This document shows positions 39,516 through 48,056 of a DNA stretch of 64,000 nucleotides, piece by piece; the first letter of the stretch is position 1, and each line of letters begins with the position of its first letter. Source of the stretch: an uncultured SAR86 cluster bacterium (GTDB lineage Bacteria; Pseudomonadota; Gammaproteobacteria; Magnimaribacterales; AG-339-G14). Both the position numbers and the translations under genes were made by a program. The notes beneath the pieces were generated by a model that did not search any database, was not told where the DNA came from, and saw only the letters and a program-made list of their open reading frames with translations. The stretch spans positions 23,301 through 87,300 of the forward strand of contig CABXRO010000001.1 of the NCBI GenBank assembly GCA_902514645.1, written 5' to 3'.

Positions 39516-40140
39516 AAACTTTTCTACCCTCTTCTATCGCTTTCCCCTCATATTTTGTTTGTATGGGTTTTAGTGACTGTAAAATATTTGGATCATGAAA
39601 TACTTTGAATTTTGCAAAGTCTTTTTTTATATCATCGGCATAATCTAGCCAGTCTGTCTTAATAATCAAACTTCCTTTTTCCTTAAGGTTTTGTTTTATA
39701 AGATTTAGAAAATTTTGATCTATCAACCTTCTTTTCCAATGTTTTTTTTTCGGCCAAGGATCAGGAAATAAAATAAAAATAAAGTCAAAAAAAGGTTTTT
39801 CAATTTTTACTAAAAAATCTTTTGCATCGCCATAAAATAAACATACGTTATCTAAATCATGAATTTTTACCTGTTTCAAAACGGAGGCAATACCAGACTT
39901 AAAAACTTCAATTCCATAAAAGTTCATATTAGAGTTGGCCATTGACTTTTCAATTAAGTTATCTCCAACTCCAAAGCCTATTTCAAGAATATTAATTTTC
40001 TTTTCTGGAAGTAATTTTGATAAATTGCTAACTTCTTTTGAATCAAAAAAATTCTTATTTTTAAATTTCTCGAAAATTTCCAGATCTTTTTTGGATGTTC
40101 TACTGCGAACATGCACAAAAGATTTAATCTCTCTTTTCAA
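39487..40140 (-). CDS. trmB: tRNA (guanine46-N7)-methyltransferase
   Basis: IKSFVHVRSR, LEIGFGVGD, FPDPWPKKKHWKRR are TrmB signatures. Confidence 0.88.
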   Translation of the reverse strand: MKREIKSFVHVRSRTSKKDLEIFEKFKNKNFFDSKEVSNLSKLLPEKKINILEIGFGVGDNLIEKSMANSNMNFYGIEVFKSGIASVLKQVKIHDLDNVCLFYGDAKDFLVKIEKPFFDFIFILFPDPWPKKKHWKRRLIDQNFLNLIKQNLKEKGSLIIKTDWLDYADDIKKDFAKFKVFHDPNILQSLKPIQTKYEGKAIEEGRKVFTYISDLNA

Positions 40141-40916
40141 GACTCTATGATGCCTTTTTCTGGAGAGCTGGGGCTAGGTTGAGATTTAGGAATTCTTCCT
40201 GATTTATTGGCAAGCCTTCCTGATTCAACTGCTAGTTTCATTGCTAATGCCATCTGTGAAGGATTTTCAGATTTTGCAATGGCAGTGTTCAATAAAACTG
40301 CATCAGCCCCCATTTCCATTGCTATAGAGGCATCTGATGCAGTACCAATACCAGCATCAATAATAACTGGCACAGAAACTGAATCAATAATTTTTTGAAT
40401 TTTTTGAGGCTCTGCAATACCTTGGCCGGAGCCAATGGGAGCAGCTAATGGCATTATTGAAACACATCCTAAATCCTCTAGTCTCATACAACTTTCATAG
40501 TCAGAAGTGCAATAAACCATTACCTCAAAACCTTCTCTTACAAGAATTTCAGCTGCCTCTATGGTCGAATCCATATTTGGCAGTAATGTTTTTGGATCAT
40601 CCAATACTTCAAGTTTTAGTAAATTTTTACCACCTAAAATTTCTCTACCTAATTTGGCCATTCTAACTGCATCTTTTGTTGAATAGGCACCAGCAGTATT
40701 AGGAAGGATTGTGTATTTTTCTGGAGAAATGTAGTCAAGAATTGAAGAATCTTTGTCATTTTGAAGGTCTATTCTTCTTACAGCAACAGTAACTATTTCT
40801 GCTCCCGAAGATTCAATGCAAGCAATTGCTTCAGCTTCATCTTTATATTTACCTGTTCCTAATAGGAGCCTTGATGAGAAGTTTTTTCCTGCAACGACTA
40901 AACTATCTTGAGTCAA
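40137..40916 (-). CDS. thiG: Thiazole synthase
   Basis: FSSRLLLGTGKY, VAVRR, LPNTAG, IMPLAAPIGSGQG, DAGIGTASDA. Confidence 0.95.
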   Translation of the reverse strand: MTQDSLVVAGKNFSSRLLLGTGKYKDEAEAIACIESSGAEIVTVAVRRIDLQNDKDSSILDYISPEKYTILPNTAGAYSTKDAVRMAKLGREILGGKNLLKLEVLDDPKTLLPNMDSTIEAAEILVREGFEVMVYCTSDYESCMRLEDLGCVSIMPLAAPIGSGQGIAEPQKIQKIIDSVSVPVIIDAGIGTASDASIAMEMGADAVLLNTAIAKSENPSQMALAMKLAVESGRLANKSGRIPKSQPSPSSPEKGIIES

Positions 40917-41132
40917 TTAACCACCGCCTATAGCCTTTACAATTTCTACTTTATCTCCATCTTTTAGATTCGTTTCCTCCCAATCCAATCTAAAAACTAA
41001 ACTTTCATTTATTTCAATTGCAATGTGCTTGGAAGATATATTCAAGGACTCTAAAATAGAAGTGATATTTGTTTCTCTAGGAAATTTTTTTAAATCGCCG
41101 TTGATGAAGATTTTTATTGGAGAGCTTCCCAA
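40917..41132 (-). CDS. thiS: Thiamine-biosynthesis sulfur carrier ThiS
   Basis: 71 aa with a C-terminal ...VKAIGGG. It abuts thiG. TTG start 3 nt after the rpoH stop. Confidence 0.8.
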   Translation of the reverse strand: MGSSPIKIFINGDLKKFPRETNITSILESLNISSKHIAIEINESLVFRLDWEETNLKDGDKVEIVKAIGGG

Positions 41133-41135
41133 GAT

Positions 41136-41987
41136 TTAGCTCAATTTTTCTTTTATCACGTCCATGGCAGATTTTTCAATTTGCCTTATTCGTTCTGCAC
41201 TAACTCCATATTTATCAGATAGTTCATGAAGAGTGGGTTTCATGTCGCTTAGCCAACGATCCATTAAAATTTCCTTACTTCTTTGATCTAATTCAGAAAT
41301 AGCAGAAAGTAGTTCACTATTGTTATGTTTTTCTAAGTCGTTTTTTTCAACGAGTTCTGCTGGGTCCATGCTTGAATCAGAAATGTAATTGGCAGGACTA
41401 TAAGATGCCTGATCATCATTAGATTCAGCAGGTGGATCAAAAGAAACATCTGATGAATTCATTCTGGATTCCATTTCTTTAACGGATTTCTCATCTACGC
41501 CTAATTCTGAAGAGATCATTTTTACTTCTTCTGATGAAAGCCAATTCAACTCTTTTCTTTTACTCCTAAGATTAAAGAAAAGCTTCCTTTGAGCTTTGGT
41601 AGTTGCTACTTTAACAATTTTCCAATTTTTCAAGATGTATTCATGAATTTCTGACTTTATCCAATGAATCGCAAAGGAAATTAGTCTAACGCCAACTTCT
41701 GGATTAAATTTCCTTACAGCTTTCATTAGGCCCACATTTCCTTCTTGAATAAGATCGGCTTGCGGAAGACCATATCCGGAGTATCCTCTGGCTACGTGTG
41801 CAACAAACCTCAGGTGTGCCATTACAAGTTTTCTGGCTGCTTCCAAGTCATTATTGTAGTAAAGCTCCTCTGCAAGTTTTTTCTCCTCTTCAGGAGTCAA
41901 AATAGAGATATTTTGTATGGAATTTAGATAGGACTCCAAGTTTTGACCTGGAGAAGAAATATCCATTGGTTGTAGTTCTTTACCCAT
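41136..41987 (-). CDS. rpoH: RNA polymerase sigma-32 (heat-shock sigma factor)
   Basis: RpoH box QRKLFFNLRSKRK, region 2 (DLIQEGNVGLMKAVRKFNP) and region 4 (YGVSAERIRQIEKSA). Confidence 0.95.
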   Translation of the reverse strand: MGKELQPMDISSPGQNLESYLNSIQNISILTPEEEKKLAEELYYNNDLEAARKLVMAHLRFVAHVARGYSGYGLPQADLIQEGNVGLMKAVRKFNPEVGVRLISFAIHWIKSEIHEYILKNWKIVKVATTKAQRKLFFNLRSKRKELNWLSSEEVKMISSELGVDEKSVKEMESRMNSSDVSFDPPAESNDDQASYSPANYISDSSMDPAELVEKNDLEKHNNSELLSAISELDQRSKEILMDRWLSDMKPTLHELSDKYGVSAERIRQIEKSAMDVIKEKLS

Positions 41988-42019
41988 AATTGTAGATTTT
42001 ATACCTTTTTTTCATCTTT

Positions 42020-42045
42020 TTAGAAATAATTTAGTAAAAAAGTTA
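42020..42045 (-). promoter_or_regulatory. Weak sigma-E-like promoter candidate upstream of rpoH
   Basis: The minus strand reads TAACTT-N15-TCTAA, against the E. coli rpoH P3 type GAACTT-N16-TCTGA. It lies 32 nt upstream of the rpoH ATG. AT-rich context makes a chance match likely. Confidence 0.25.
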
Positions 42046-42055
42046 TAAAAATAGT

Positions 42056-42859
42056 TTAAGAATCTATTTGTCTTAAAAAATCTAACCTGTTTTTATTGGA
42101 AAAAGCAAAAAAACCCTTAATTAACTGTTTTTCTCTCATATCATAAGATATTTCTTGAAGGTCTGAATCTAGTATGTCTCCTCCAAAAGATTGTAAAATT
42201 GCGTGTCCAGCTGCTATATCCCAAGAATAAGTATCTCCAAACCTAGGATAAAGGTCTGCTATTCCCTCGCATATCCTACAAAACTTAATTGAACTTCCCA
42301 TTTTAATAATTTTAGATCCCTTAAATTTAGACATTACTTTTGCACAAAAATCTATTTCTTCTTTACTACTGTGAGATTTACTGATTAGAACATTGCAGAT
42401 TTGATTATTTTTATTAGGAAGAAACTCCCTTTTTTCGTCAATAATTTTTTTTGGTGGTAAATCAGTGCCTCCTAAAAAAATACAATCTTTCATAGGTTGA
42501 TATATAGCGCCGAGTATTGGTTTTTGATTATTAATTAAAGCAATGTTTAAAGTAAATTCATCGCTGCCATTGATTAATTCTTTTGTGCCGTCGATAGGAT
42601 CTATGATCCAGGCGTATTCAGAAATTACTTGTTGTCGGCTAGTCTCTTCAGAGATGAGAACAAAATCTTGATTAATTTTTTTTAGCTCTTTTCTTATGAA
42701 TTTATCAACCTTGGTATCTAGGATTGTCAGTGGAGAGTCATCGTTTTTATAACTTACCTTAAGATCTATAGAGTCAAAATTAACAAAAAACTTTTTCGCA
42801 CTTTTGAATATTTTAATTATCTCCTCTGAGATATAAGTTTGGTTCACTTTATTCATCAA
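42056..42859 (-). CDS. Inositol-monophosphatase-family phosphatase (CysQ-like 3'(2'),5'-bisphosphate nucleotidase)
   Basis: Metal-binding motifs SEE, WIIDPIDGT, WDIAAGHAIL. Confidence 0.72.
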   Translation of the reverse strand: MMNKVNQTYISEEIIKIFKSAKKFFVNFDSIDLKVSYKNDDSPLTILDTKVDKFIRKELKKINQDFVLISEETSRQQVISEYAWIIDPIDGTKELINGSDEFTLNIALINNQKPILGAIYQPMKDCIFLGGTDLPPKKIIDEKREFLPNKNNQICNVLISKSHSSKEEIDFCAKVMSKFKGSKIIKMGSSIKFCRICEGIADLYPRFGDTYSWDIAAGHAILQSFGGDILDSDLQEISYDMREKQLIKGFFAFSNKNRLDFLRQIDS

Positions 42860-42915
42860 TATTTTTATAAATACTATTTATAAATTACAATAACATTCTT
42901 ATTTAAGAACATATT

Positions 42916-43083
42916 ATGGTTGATAAAGAAGATTTATTGAAACAGGCAGAAGACATTCATTCTGGGCTAAAGAGACTTAGTCTAAAAAATAGAAAAGTTG
43001 TAATGCCTCATCACAAAGAGTTTGAACTGATTGAGGAACTTGAAGAACTTTCAATAGATTTGATTGAGAAACTTAAAAAGTAA
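42916..43083 (+). CDS. Small hypothetical protein (55 aa, charged, helical); not in the ORF track
   Basis: An ATG-to-TAA ORF (MVDKEDLLKQAEDIHSGLKRLSLKNRKVVMPHHKEFELIEELEELSIDLIEKLKK) that fills an otherwise empty 204-nt gap. No obvious Shine-Dalgarno. Confidence 0.35.
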   Translation: MVDKEDLLKQAEDIHSGLKRLSLKNRKVVMPHHKEFELIEELEELSIDLIEKLKK

Positions 43084-43096
43084 AAATGGAGTTGAA

Positions 43097-43975
43097 ATGA
43101 CAAATAAATATACTTGTTTTGATTTGGAAATAAAAAACAAAGTGGCGTATGTAACCATGTGTCGACCAGATGAATACAACACGATGAACAAAGCCTTTTG
43201 GTCGGAATTGCCCCATCTTGTTGAGAAAATATCTGATGATGCTAGTGCTAGGGTAATAGTTCTGTCTTCTACAGGAAAACATTTTTGTGCCGGAATGGAT
43301 TTAGCAAACTTTTCATTAAGCGATAATCCCACTGAGCCAAAATCTTCAAATACCCATAATGGCATGAAAAAGGAGGCCGGCTTTAGAATCACTCTTGACC
43401 TTCAACACACAATCACATCTCTTGAAAAAGCAAGAATTCCTGTTATTTCAGCTATTCAGGGTGGTTGTATAGGTGGTGGTTTAGACCTAGCAACAGCTAC
43501 GGATATGAGATTCTGTACTAAAGAGGCTTTCTTTTGTATCCAAGAAATTAATATTGGGATGGCAGCAGATGTTGGAACTTTGCAAAGAATTCCTAGATTG
43601 ATTCCAGAAGGAGTAGTTAGAGAATTAGCCTATACAGGCAGAAGGTTTTTTGCTGACGAAGCAAAAGCCCATGGCTTGGTAAACAAAGTTTTTGATTCCC
43701 AAGAAGAAATGATGTCAGCGGTGAAAATTATTGCTGAAGAAATTGCTTCCAAAGGTCCTTTGGCAGTTGCGGGAACAAAAGAAATTCTTAATTATGGGCG
43801 AGATCACACAATTGAAGAATCTCTAAATCATGTTGCTTTGTGGAATGCTGCAATGGGAATAAGCGATGAGATGTCTGCAGCTTTTGAAGCAAAAGCCAAT
43901 AATAAAGATCCAGAGTTTGATGATTTAATTCCGAGAACAGGAAAAAAATATCTTGATGGCGGTTACCAAGGATAG
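43097..43975 (+). CDS. Crotonase-fold enzyme, delta3,5-delta2,4-dienoyl-CoA isomerase-like enoyl-CoA hydratase/isomerase
   Basis: GKHFCAGMDL, GGCIGGGLDLATATD, AADVGTLQRIPRLI. ATG at 43097 is preceded by GGAG; the track start at 43064 is less likely. Confidence 0.85.
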   Translation: MTNKYTCFDLEIKNKVAYVTMCRPDEYNTMNKAFWSELPHLVEKISDDASARVIVLSSTGKHFCAGMDLANFSLSDNPTEPKSSNTHNGMKKEAGFRITLDLQHTITSLEKARIPVISAIQGGCIGGGLDLATATDMRFCTKEAFFCIQEINIGMAADVGTLQRIPRLIPEGVVRELAYTGRRFFADEAKAHGLVNKVFDSQEEMMSAVKIIAEEIASKGPLAVAGTKEILNYGRDHTIEESLNHVALWNAAMGISDEMSAAFEAKANNKDPEFDDLIPRTGKKYLDGGYQG

Positions 43976-43976
43976 A

Positions 43977-44741
43977 TTATTTTCTTAGAAAAACCGGCTT
44001 ATCTTCAGTAGAATCTTTTTTGGAAAATTTATAGCCATCGAGATTGAATTTGTTTAGATCTTCAGGAGTTTTAGCTCTATTTTCAATTAAATACTTAGCC
44101 ATTAACCCTCTAGCCTTTTTTGCATAGAAACTAATTATCTTAAATTGGCCATTTTTAAAGTCTTTAAAAACCGGGCTGATGACCCTGCTTTTCAGTTTTT
44201 CAGTATCAACAGAAGAAAAATATTCTATAGATGCAAGATTTACCACAATAGAAGATGTTTTAAGGTCTTTATTTAATTGATTAGTAATTTCTTCTTTCCA
44301 AAACTCATATAAGTCTTTGTTTTTTGCAACGGAAATTTTTGTACCCATCTCAAGACGGTAAGGCGAAATGATATCTAACGGTTTTAAAACTCCATAAAGA
44401 CCAGAAAGAATTCTGAGATGTTTTTGTGCAAAATTAATGTCTTGTTTTGAAAGTTTTTCAAACTCCAGTCCTTGATAGACGTCTCCTTTAAAAACAAACC
44501 CAGCTTGTTTCGCATGAGCTGCAGGTTTGGTTGCTTGAGACCAATTCTTAAATCTATCATGGTTTAAAGCAGAAATTTTATCACTCACTCCCATTAAAGA
44601 AGACAACTCAGATTTATTGAGTTTCTTCATAGTAGACACTAAATTTTTAGATTTAGGCAAAAAAGGAGGTACTGAGAAATCCAGTCCCTTTTCAGAAAAA
44701 GAATAATCTAACGTCTTAGCTGGTGATAGAACTATAATCAT
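43977..44741 (-). CDS. yaaA: Peroxide-stress protein YaaA (UPF0246)
   Basis: MIIVLSPAKTLD start, LSGLYG..PLD..PYRLEM. Confidence 0.9.
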   Translation of the reverse strand: MIIVLSPAKTLDYSFSEKGLDFSVPPFLPKSKNLVSTMKKLNKSELSSLMGVSDKISALNHDRFKNWSQATKPAAHAKQAGFVFKGDVYQGLEFEKLSKQDINFAQKHLRILSGLYGVLKPLDIISPYRLEMGTKISVAKNKDLYEFWKEEITNQLNKDLKTSSIVVNLASIEYFSSVDTEKLKSRVISPVFKDFKNGQFKIISFYAKKARGLMAKYLIENRAKTPEDLNKFNLDGYKFSKKDSTEDKPVFLRK

Positions 44742-44766
44742 TACAGTATTATTAAATCATATTTCA

Positions 44767-45273
44767 ATGCTCAAAAAAATTACCAAAACTACAGAGAATA
44801 TACTTAATTTATTTCCCTCATTTTTCGGAAATATATCTTCTTGGCTGATTTTATTAATGATTTTTCTAAGCTCAATGATTGTCATCTTGAGATATGTTTT
44901 TGAAATCGGAGTAGTTGCAATGCAAGAATTACTCGTATATTCACACGGAATGCTTTTTTTATTTTATGCCGCATTGGCTCTTAAGGATGATAAGCATGTC
45001 AGGGTTGACATTTTTTATAGAGAATTGTCGGATAAAAGAAAAAGAATGATAAATATTTTTGGGAATCTGTTTTTTTTACAACCCTTTGCTTGGGTAATTT
45101 TAATATTTTCATATGAATATGTTTACTTCTCTTGGTCTATAAATGAAATTTCTCCGGAACCAGGAGGTCTTCCTTTTGTATATCTTTTCAAAACAAGCTT
45201 AATTATCTTTCCTATTTTTTTAATTCTTCAGAGCTTTTCTGAGCTGATTAGGTTAGTTTTCAAACATGATTGA
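44767..45273 (+). CDS. TRAP transporter small permease (DctQ-type)
   Basis: A 168-aa four-TM protein that overlaps the following DctM-type gene by 8 nt. Confidence 0.75.
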   Translation: MLKKITKTTENILNLFPSFFGNISSWLILLMIFLSSMIVILRYVFEIGVVAMQELLVYSHGMLFLFYAALALKDDKHVRVDIFYRELSDKRKRMINIFGNLFFLQPFAWVILIFSYEYVYFSWSINEISPEPGGLPFVYLFKTSLIIFPIFLILQSFSELIRLVFKHD

Positions 45274-46621
45274 TTTTCTGCCGCTAATTCTTTTTGCTTT
45301 AGTTTGTATCTTTTTACTTTTTGGTTTCCCTGTTGCTTTCACTTTGGCTGGGGTTTCAATAATTTTTGCATTGATAACAAGTTTTTTCGGTGTTTTTGAT
45401 TTGTTTCTTTTAGAAACTTTGCCAAATCGTATTTTTGGCGTGATGACAAACTCTACTTTAATAGCAGTTCCTTTATTTATTTTTATGGGCGTATTGTTGG
45501 AAAAATCGAAAGTTGCTGAAGAACTGCTGCTTAAAATGTCTGACTTTTTTTCTGGTTTTAGAGGTGGCCTTGGTCTTTCGGTAATTTTTGTTGGAGCTTT
45601 GCTTGCAGCAAGTACAGGCATTGTTGGGGCTACAGTTATTGCAATGGGATTGATTTCTTTGCCCGCATTTTTAAAACAAGGATATCCTCACGATCTTTCT
45701 ACTGGCTTAATTTCTGCTACCGGTACTTTGGGACAAATCATCCCACCTTCTATTGCTTTGGTAATTTTAGGAGATGTGTTGTCTTCGGCTTATCAACAAT
45801 CGCAACTTAGCCAAGGTATTTTTACTGCCAAAACAATTTCTGTGGGGGATCTTTTTTTAGCAGCTATAGTTCCTGGATTAATGTTGCTATGTTTTTATGC
45901 AATATATTTTCTTTTCAAATCAAGAAACTTGGAACTTGCCTCAAGTGAAAAACAAAGCTCAATAGAAGCTATTGATTTAATTAAAATCATTGCTCCGCCC
46001 TTTATTTTGATCATAACTGTTTTGGGCAGCATTATTTTTGGAATTGCTTCTCCAACAGAGGCCTCTGGTTTGGGTGCTTTAGGAGCGATTTTGATTGCAA
46101 TCCTTAATAACAAATTAAATTTTCAGACTTTGGCTGAGACCGTTAAACAATCAGCTGCTATAACTTCGATGGTTTTTATCATTTTAATTGGAGCTTCTGT
46201 TTTTTCTTTGGTTTTTAGAGGCTTGGGAGGAGAAGAGCTCATCGAGCAAATATTTAACTTAATTCCTGGAGGTCTTTTCGGTTCTATGGTTTTAGTTATG
46301 GTTTTAATTTTTTTGTTAGGATTTATCCTAGATTTCATCGAAATAAGTTTTGTTATAGTGCCAATTGTAGGGCCAGTATTGATGGCAATGGGGGCAGATC
46401 CAATTTGGCTCGGCATTATGATTGCAATAAATTTACAAACTTCTTTCTTGACCCCGCCATTTGGTTTTGCTTTATTCTATTTAAGAGGTGTTGCGCCAGA
46501 AAGTATCAAGACAATTTCTCTATATAAAGGTGTGATTCCGTTTATAGTAATTCAGCTAGGCCTTTTGATTTTATTGGCTATTTTTCCCTCAATCGTAAGT
46601 TTTTTACCCAATTATTTTTAA
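45266..46621 (+). CDS. TRAP transporter large permease (DctM-type)
   Basis: 451 aa with about 12 TM or more. GTLGQIIPPSIALVILG and the LTPPFGFALFYL motifs are typical of DctM. Confidence 0.9.
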   Translation: MIDFLPLILFALVCIFLLFGFPVAFTLAGVSIIFALITSFFGVFDLFLLETLPNRIFGVMTNSTLIAVPLFIFMGVLLEKSKVAEELLLKMSDFFSGFRGGLGLSVIFVGALLAASTGIVGATVIAMGLISLPAFLKQGYPHDLSTGLISATGTLGQIIPPSIALVILGDVLSSAYQQSQLSQGIFTAKTISVGDLFLAAIVPGLMLLCFYAIYFLFKSRNLELASSEKQSSIEAIDLIKIIAPPFILIITVLGSIIFGIASPTEASGLGALGAILIAILNNKLNFQTLAETVKQSAAITSMVFIILIGASVFSLVFRGLGGEELIEQIFNLIPGGLFGSMVLVMVLIFLLGFILDFIEISFVIVPIVGPVLMAMGADPIWLGIMIAINLQTSFLTPPFGFALFYLRGVAPESIKTISLYKGVIPFIVIQLGLLILLAIFPSIVSFLPNYF

Positions 46622-46644
46622 GAATTTAATTCTTTAAATAAAAA

Positions 46645-47046
46645 TTAAACTAATTGAGAAATTGCCATATAAGCAATTATCAACCAACCAATAAGAAAGA
46701 TCATAAATCTTATCAAAACTAGGTTGAATGTTAGTTGAACTAAAGAATGAACAATTCTTAAAATCACAAATGCCCAAGCTAACTGCATCATTAAAGGATC
46801 AATGCTATTAACTAAGGCTATACCTAAAGTAACAACATAAAATGCAATAGGTTGTTCAAAAAGATGGTTATAGTTATCTCCAGTTCTCTCTACCCAAGCA
46901 GGTAAAGTTCCTTTTATGTCCTTTGTATGAGCTGCATCTTGTGGATCTTTCATAAATCTCGTTCTGCCATAAGCCATAATCAAGAAAATTGTGAAAGTCC
47001 AAATTATTAAGACAAATACTGGTGTTAATAGTGCTGCTTGATTCAT
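46645..47046 (-). CDS. MAPEG-like small membrane protein
   Basis: 133 aa, 4 TM. ...NHLFEQPIAFYV..., ...RIVHSLV... resemble the MAPEG family. From memory only. Confidence 0.5.
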   Translation of the reverse strand: MNQAALLTPVFVLIIWTFTIFLIMAYGRTRFMKDPQDAAHTKDIKGTLPAWVERTGDNYNHLFEQPIAFYVVTLGIALVNSIDPLMMQLAWAFVILRIVHSLVQLTFNLVLIRFMIFLIGWLIIAYMAISQLV

Positions 47047-47133
47047 GAAACCTCTCCCTTTATTTTTAATATATCAGATAAATATTTATTAAGCGAAATA
47101 CCTATTGAGTGGAAATAAAATACTTTACAAGTG

Positions 47134-47724
47134 CTACTTTAGTTTTGGATGCTTCCCAGTAAAGTTAGCAAAATATTCCTTAATGAATTTCAGATCTTTT
47201 TCTACATCTCCTGAAGGGCTATAAAAATCTCCAAGCTCGATAGTTTTTTTAGAGAAATCAACTCCAACCATCATAATTTTGCTGTTAGTTTCAGTAGCAA
47301 TTCTTAAAAAACCGGACTTGAGTCTATTTACTTTTTTTCTAGTACCTTCCGGTGATATAGCAATCACAAAACCTTTAAATTTCTCAGTAATATTAAGAAT
47401 TTCATTTCTTAATGCTTCTGGGTTAGCTCTATTAACAGGAATGCCGCCCATTTTTCTTAGCAGTTTGCGAAAACCTATTTTAAAAATTGAATGTTTACCT
47501 ACCCAATGTATATTTACATCAAGACTTAATATGAGTGACATAGCAAGAACAAAATCCCAATTCGAAGTATGTGGTCCAGCGACTAACACTACACGCTGGT
47601 CTTTAGGAAAATTACCAGTAGTTTTCCAGCCTGTTATTTTCATTAAAAATTTGCCGAGCCATCTGATAGGCTTAGGCCTATATGCGCGCAAATGTTCAGG
47701 GATAAAGATTTCGTATTTATTCAA
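47134..47724 (-). CDS. PlsC-family (lyso)phospholipid acyltransferase
   Basis: H(x)4D catalytic motif GPHTSNWDF and the PEGTR block (SPEGTRKK). Confidence 0.75.
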   Translation of the reverse strand: MNKYEIFIPEHLRAYRPKPIRWLGKFLMKITGWKTTGNFPKDQRVVLVAGPHTSNWDFVLAMSLILSLDVNIHWVGKHSIFKIGFRKLLRKMGGIPVNRANPEALRNEILNITEKFKGFVIAISPEGTRKKVNRLKSGFLRIATETNSKIMMVGVDFSKKTIELGDFYSPSGDVEKDLKFIKEYFANFTGKHPKLK

Positions 47725-47768
47725 GGTGTATATTTTATATGCTAAAAAAGATCTAATAAAATAAATAT

Positions 47769-48056
47769 ATGACCAACAAAAATTTAGTCAGCTTGGGGTA
47801 CTTCTTTATCTGGGGAGATTTTTTATTAGTTATATTTTTTATTCATTCTTTATTTGTAAGTCCAATTAATGTTGAAATGTATTTTTCTGAGTATCTTCAA
47901 ATAGCTTTATATTTGTTTAATTGGATTAAAACTTGGGGTGAATTTTTTGATTGGTGGATCGGAGTCGTTTATACCTGGCCTGCTGCACTTCTTTTCTTTG
48001 TTAGATATTCTTTTTCGACCACAATAGGTATTTGGTTAGTAAGAAAATACAGTTAG
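47769..48056 (+). CDS. Small Trp-rich membrane protein, hypothetical
   Basis: 95 aa, 3 predicted TM. No recognisable family. Confidence 0.4.
   Translation: MTNKNLVSLGYFFIWGDFLLVIFFIHSLFVSPINVEMYFSEYLQIALYLFNWIKTWGEFFDWWIGVVYTWPAALLFFVRYSFSTTIGIWLVRKYS

Noticed and set aside
39742-39750. Homopolymer runs (T9 within trmB at 39742-39750; T9 within the small ORF at 53152-53160) as possible phase-variation sites.
   Set aside because: They encode Lys-Lys-Lys and Phe-Phe-Phe in intact frames of an AT-rich genome. There is no evidence of slippage, and trmB is a housekeeping gene.
45253-45621. A 122-aa minus-strand ORF rich in Lys/Pro/Ser, opposite the dctQ/dctM junction. Also 45895-46113 and 46123-46416.
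   Set aside because: It is the antisense product of Phe/Leu/Gly-rich membrane-protein codons. DctM is confidently identified on the other strand.
47279-47764. A 161-aa plus-strand ORF.
   Set aside because: It lies opposite the PlsC-type acyltransferase, which has the H(x)4D and PEGTR motifs. The plus-strand product has no motifs.
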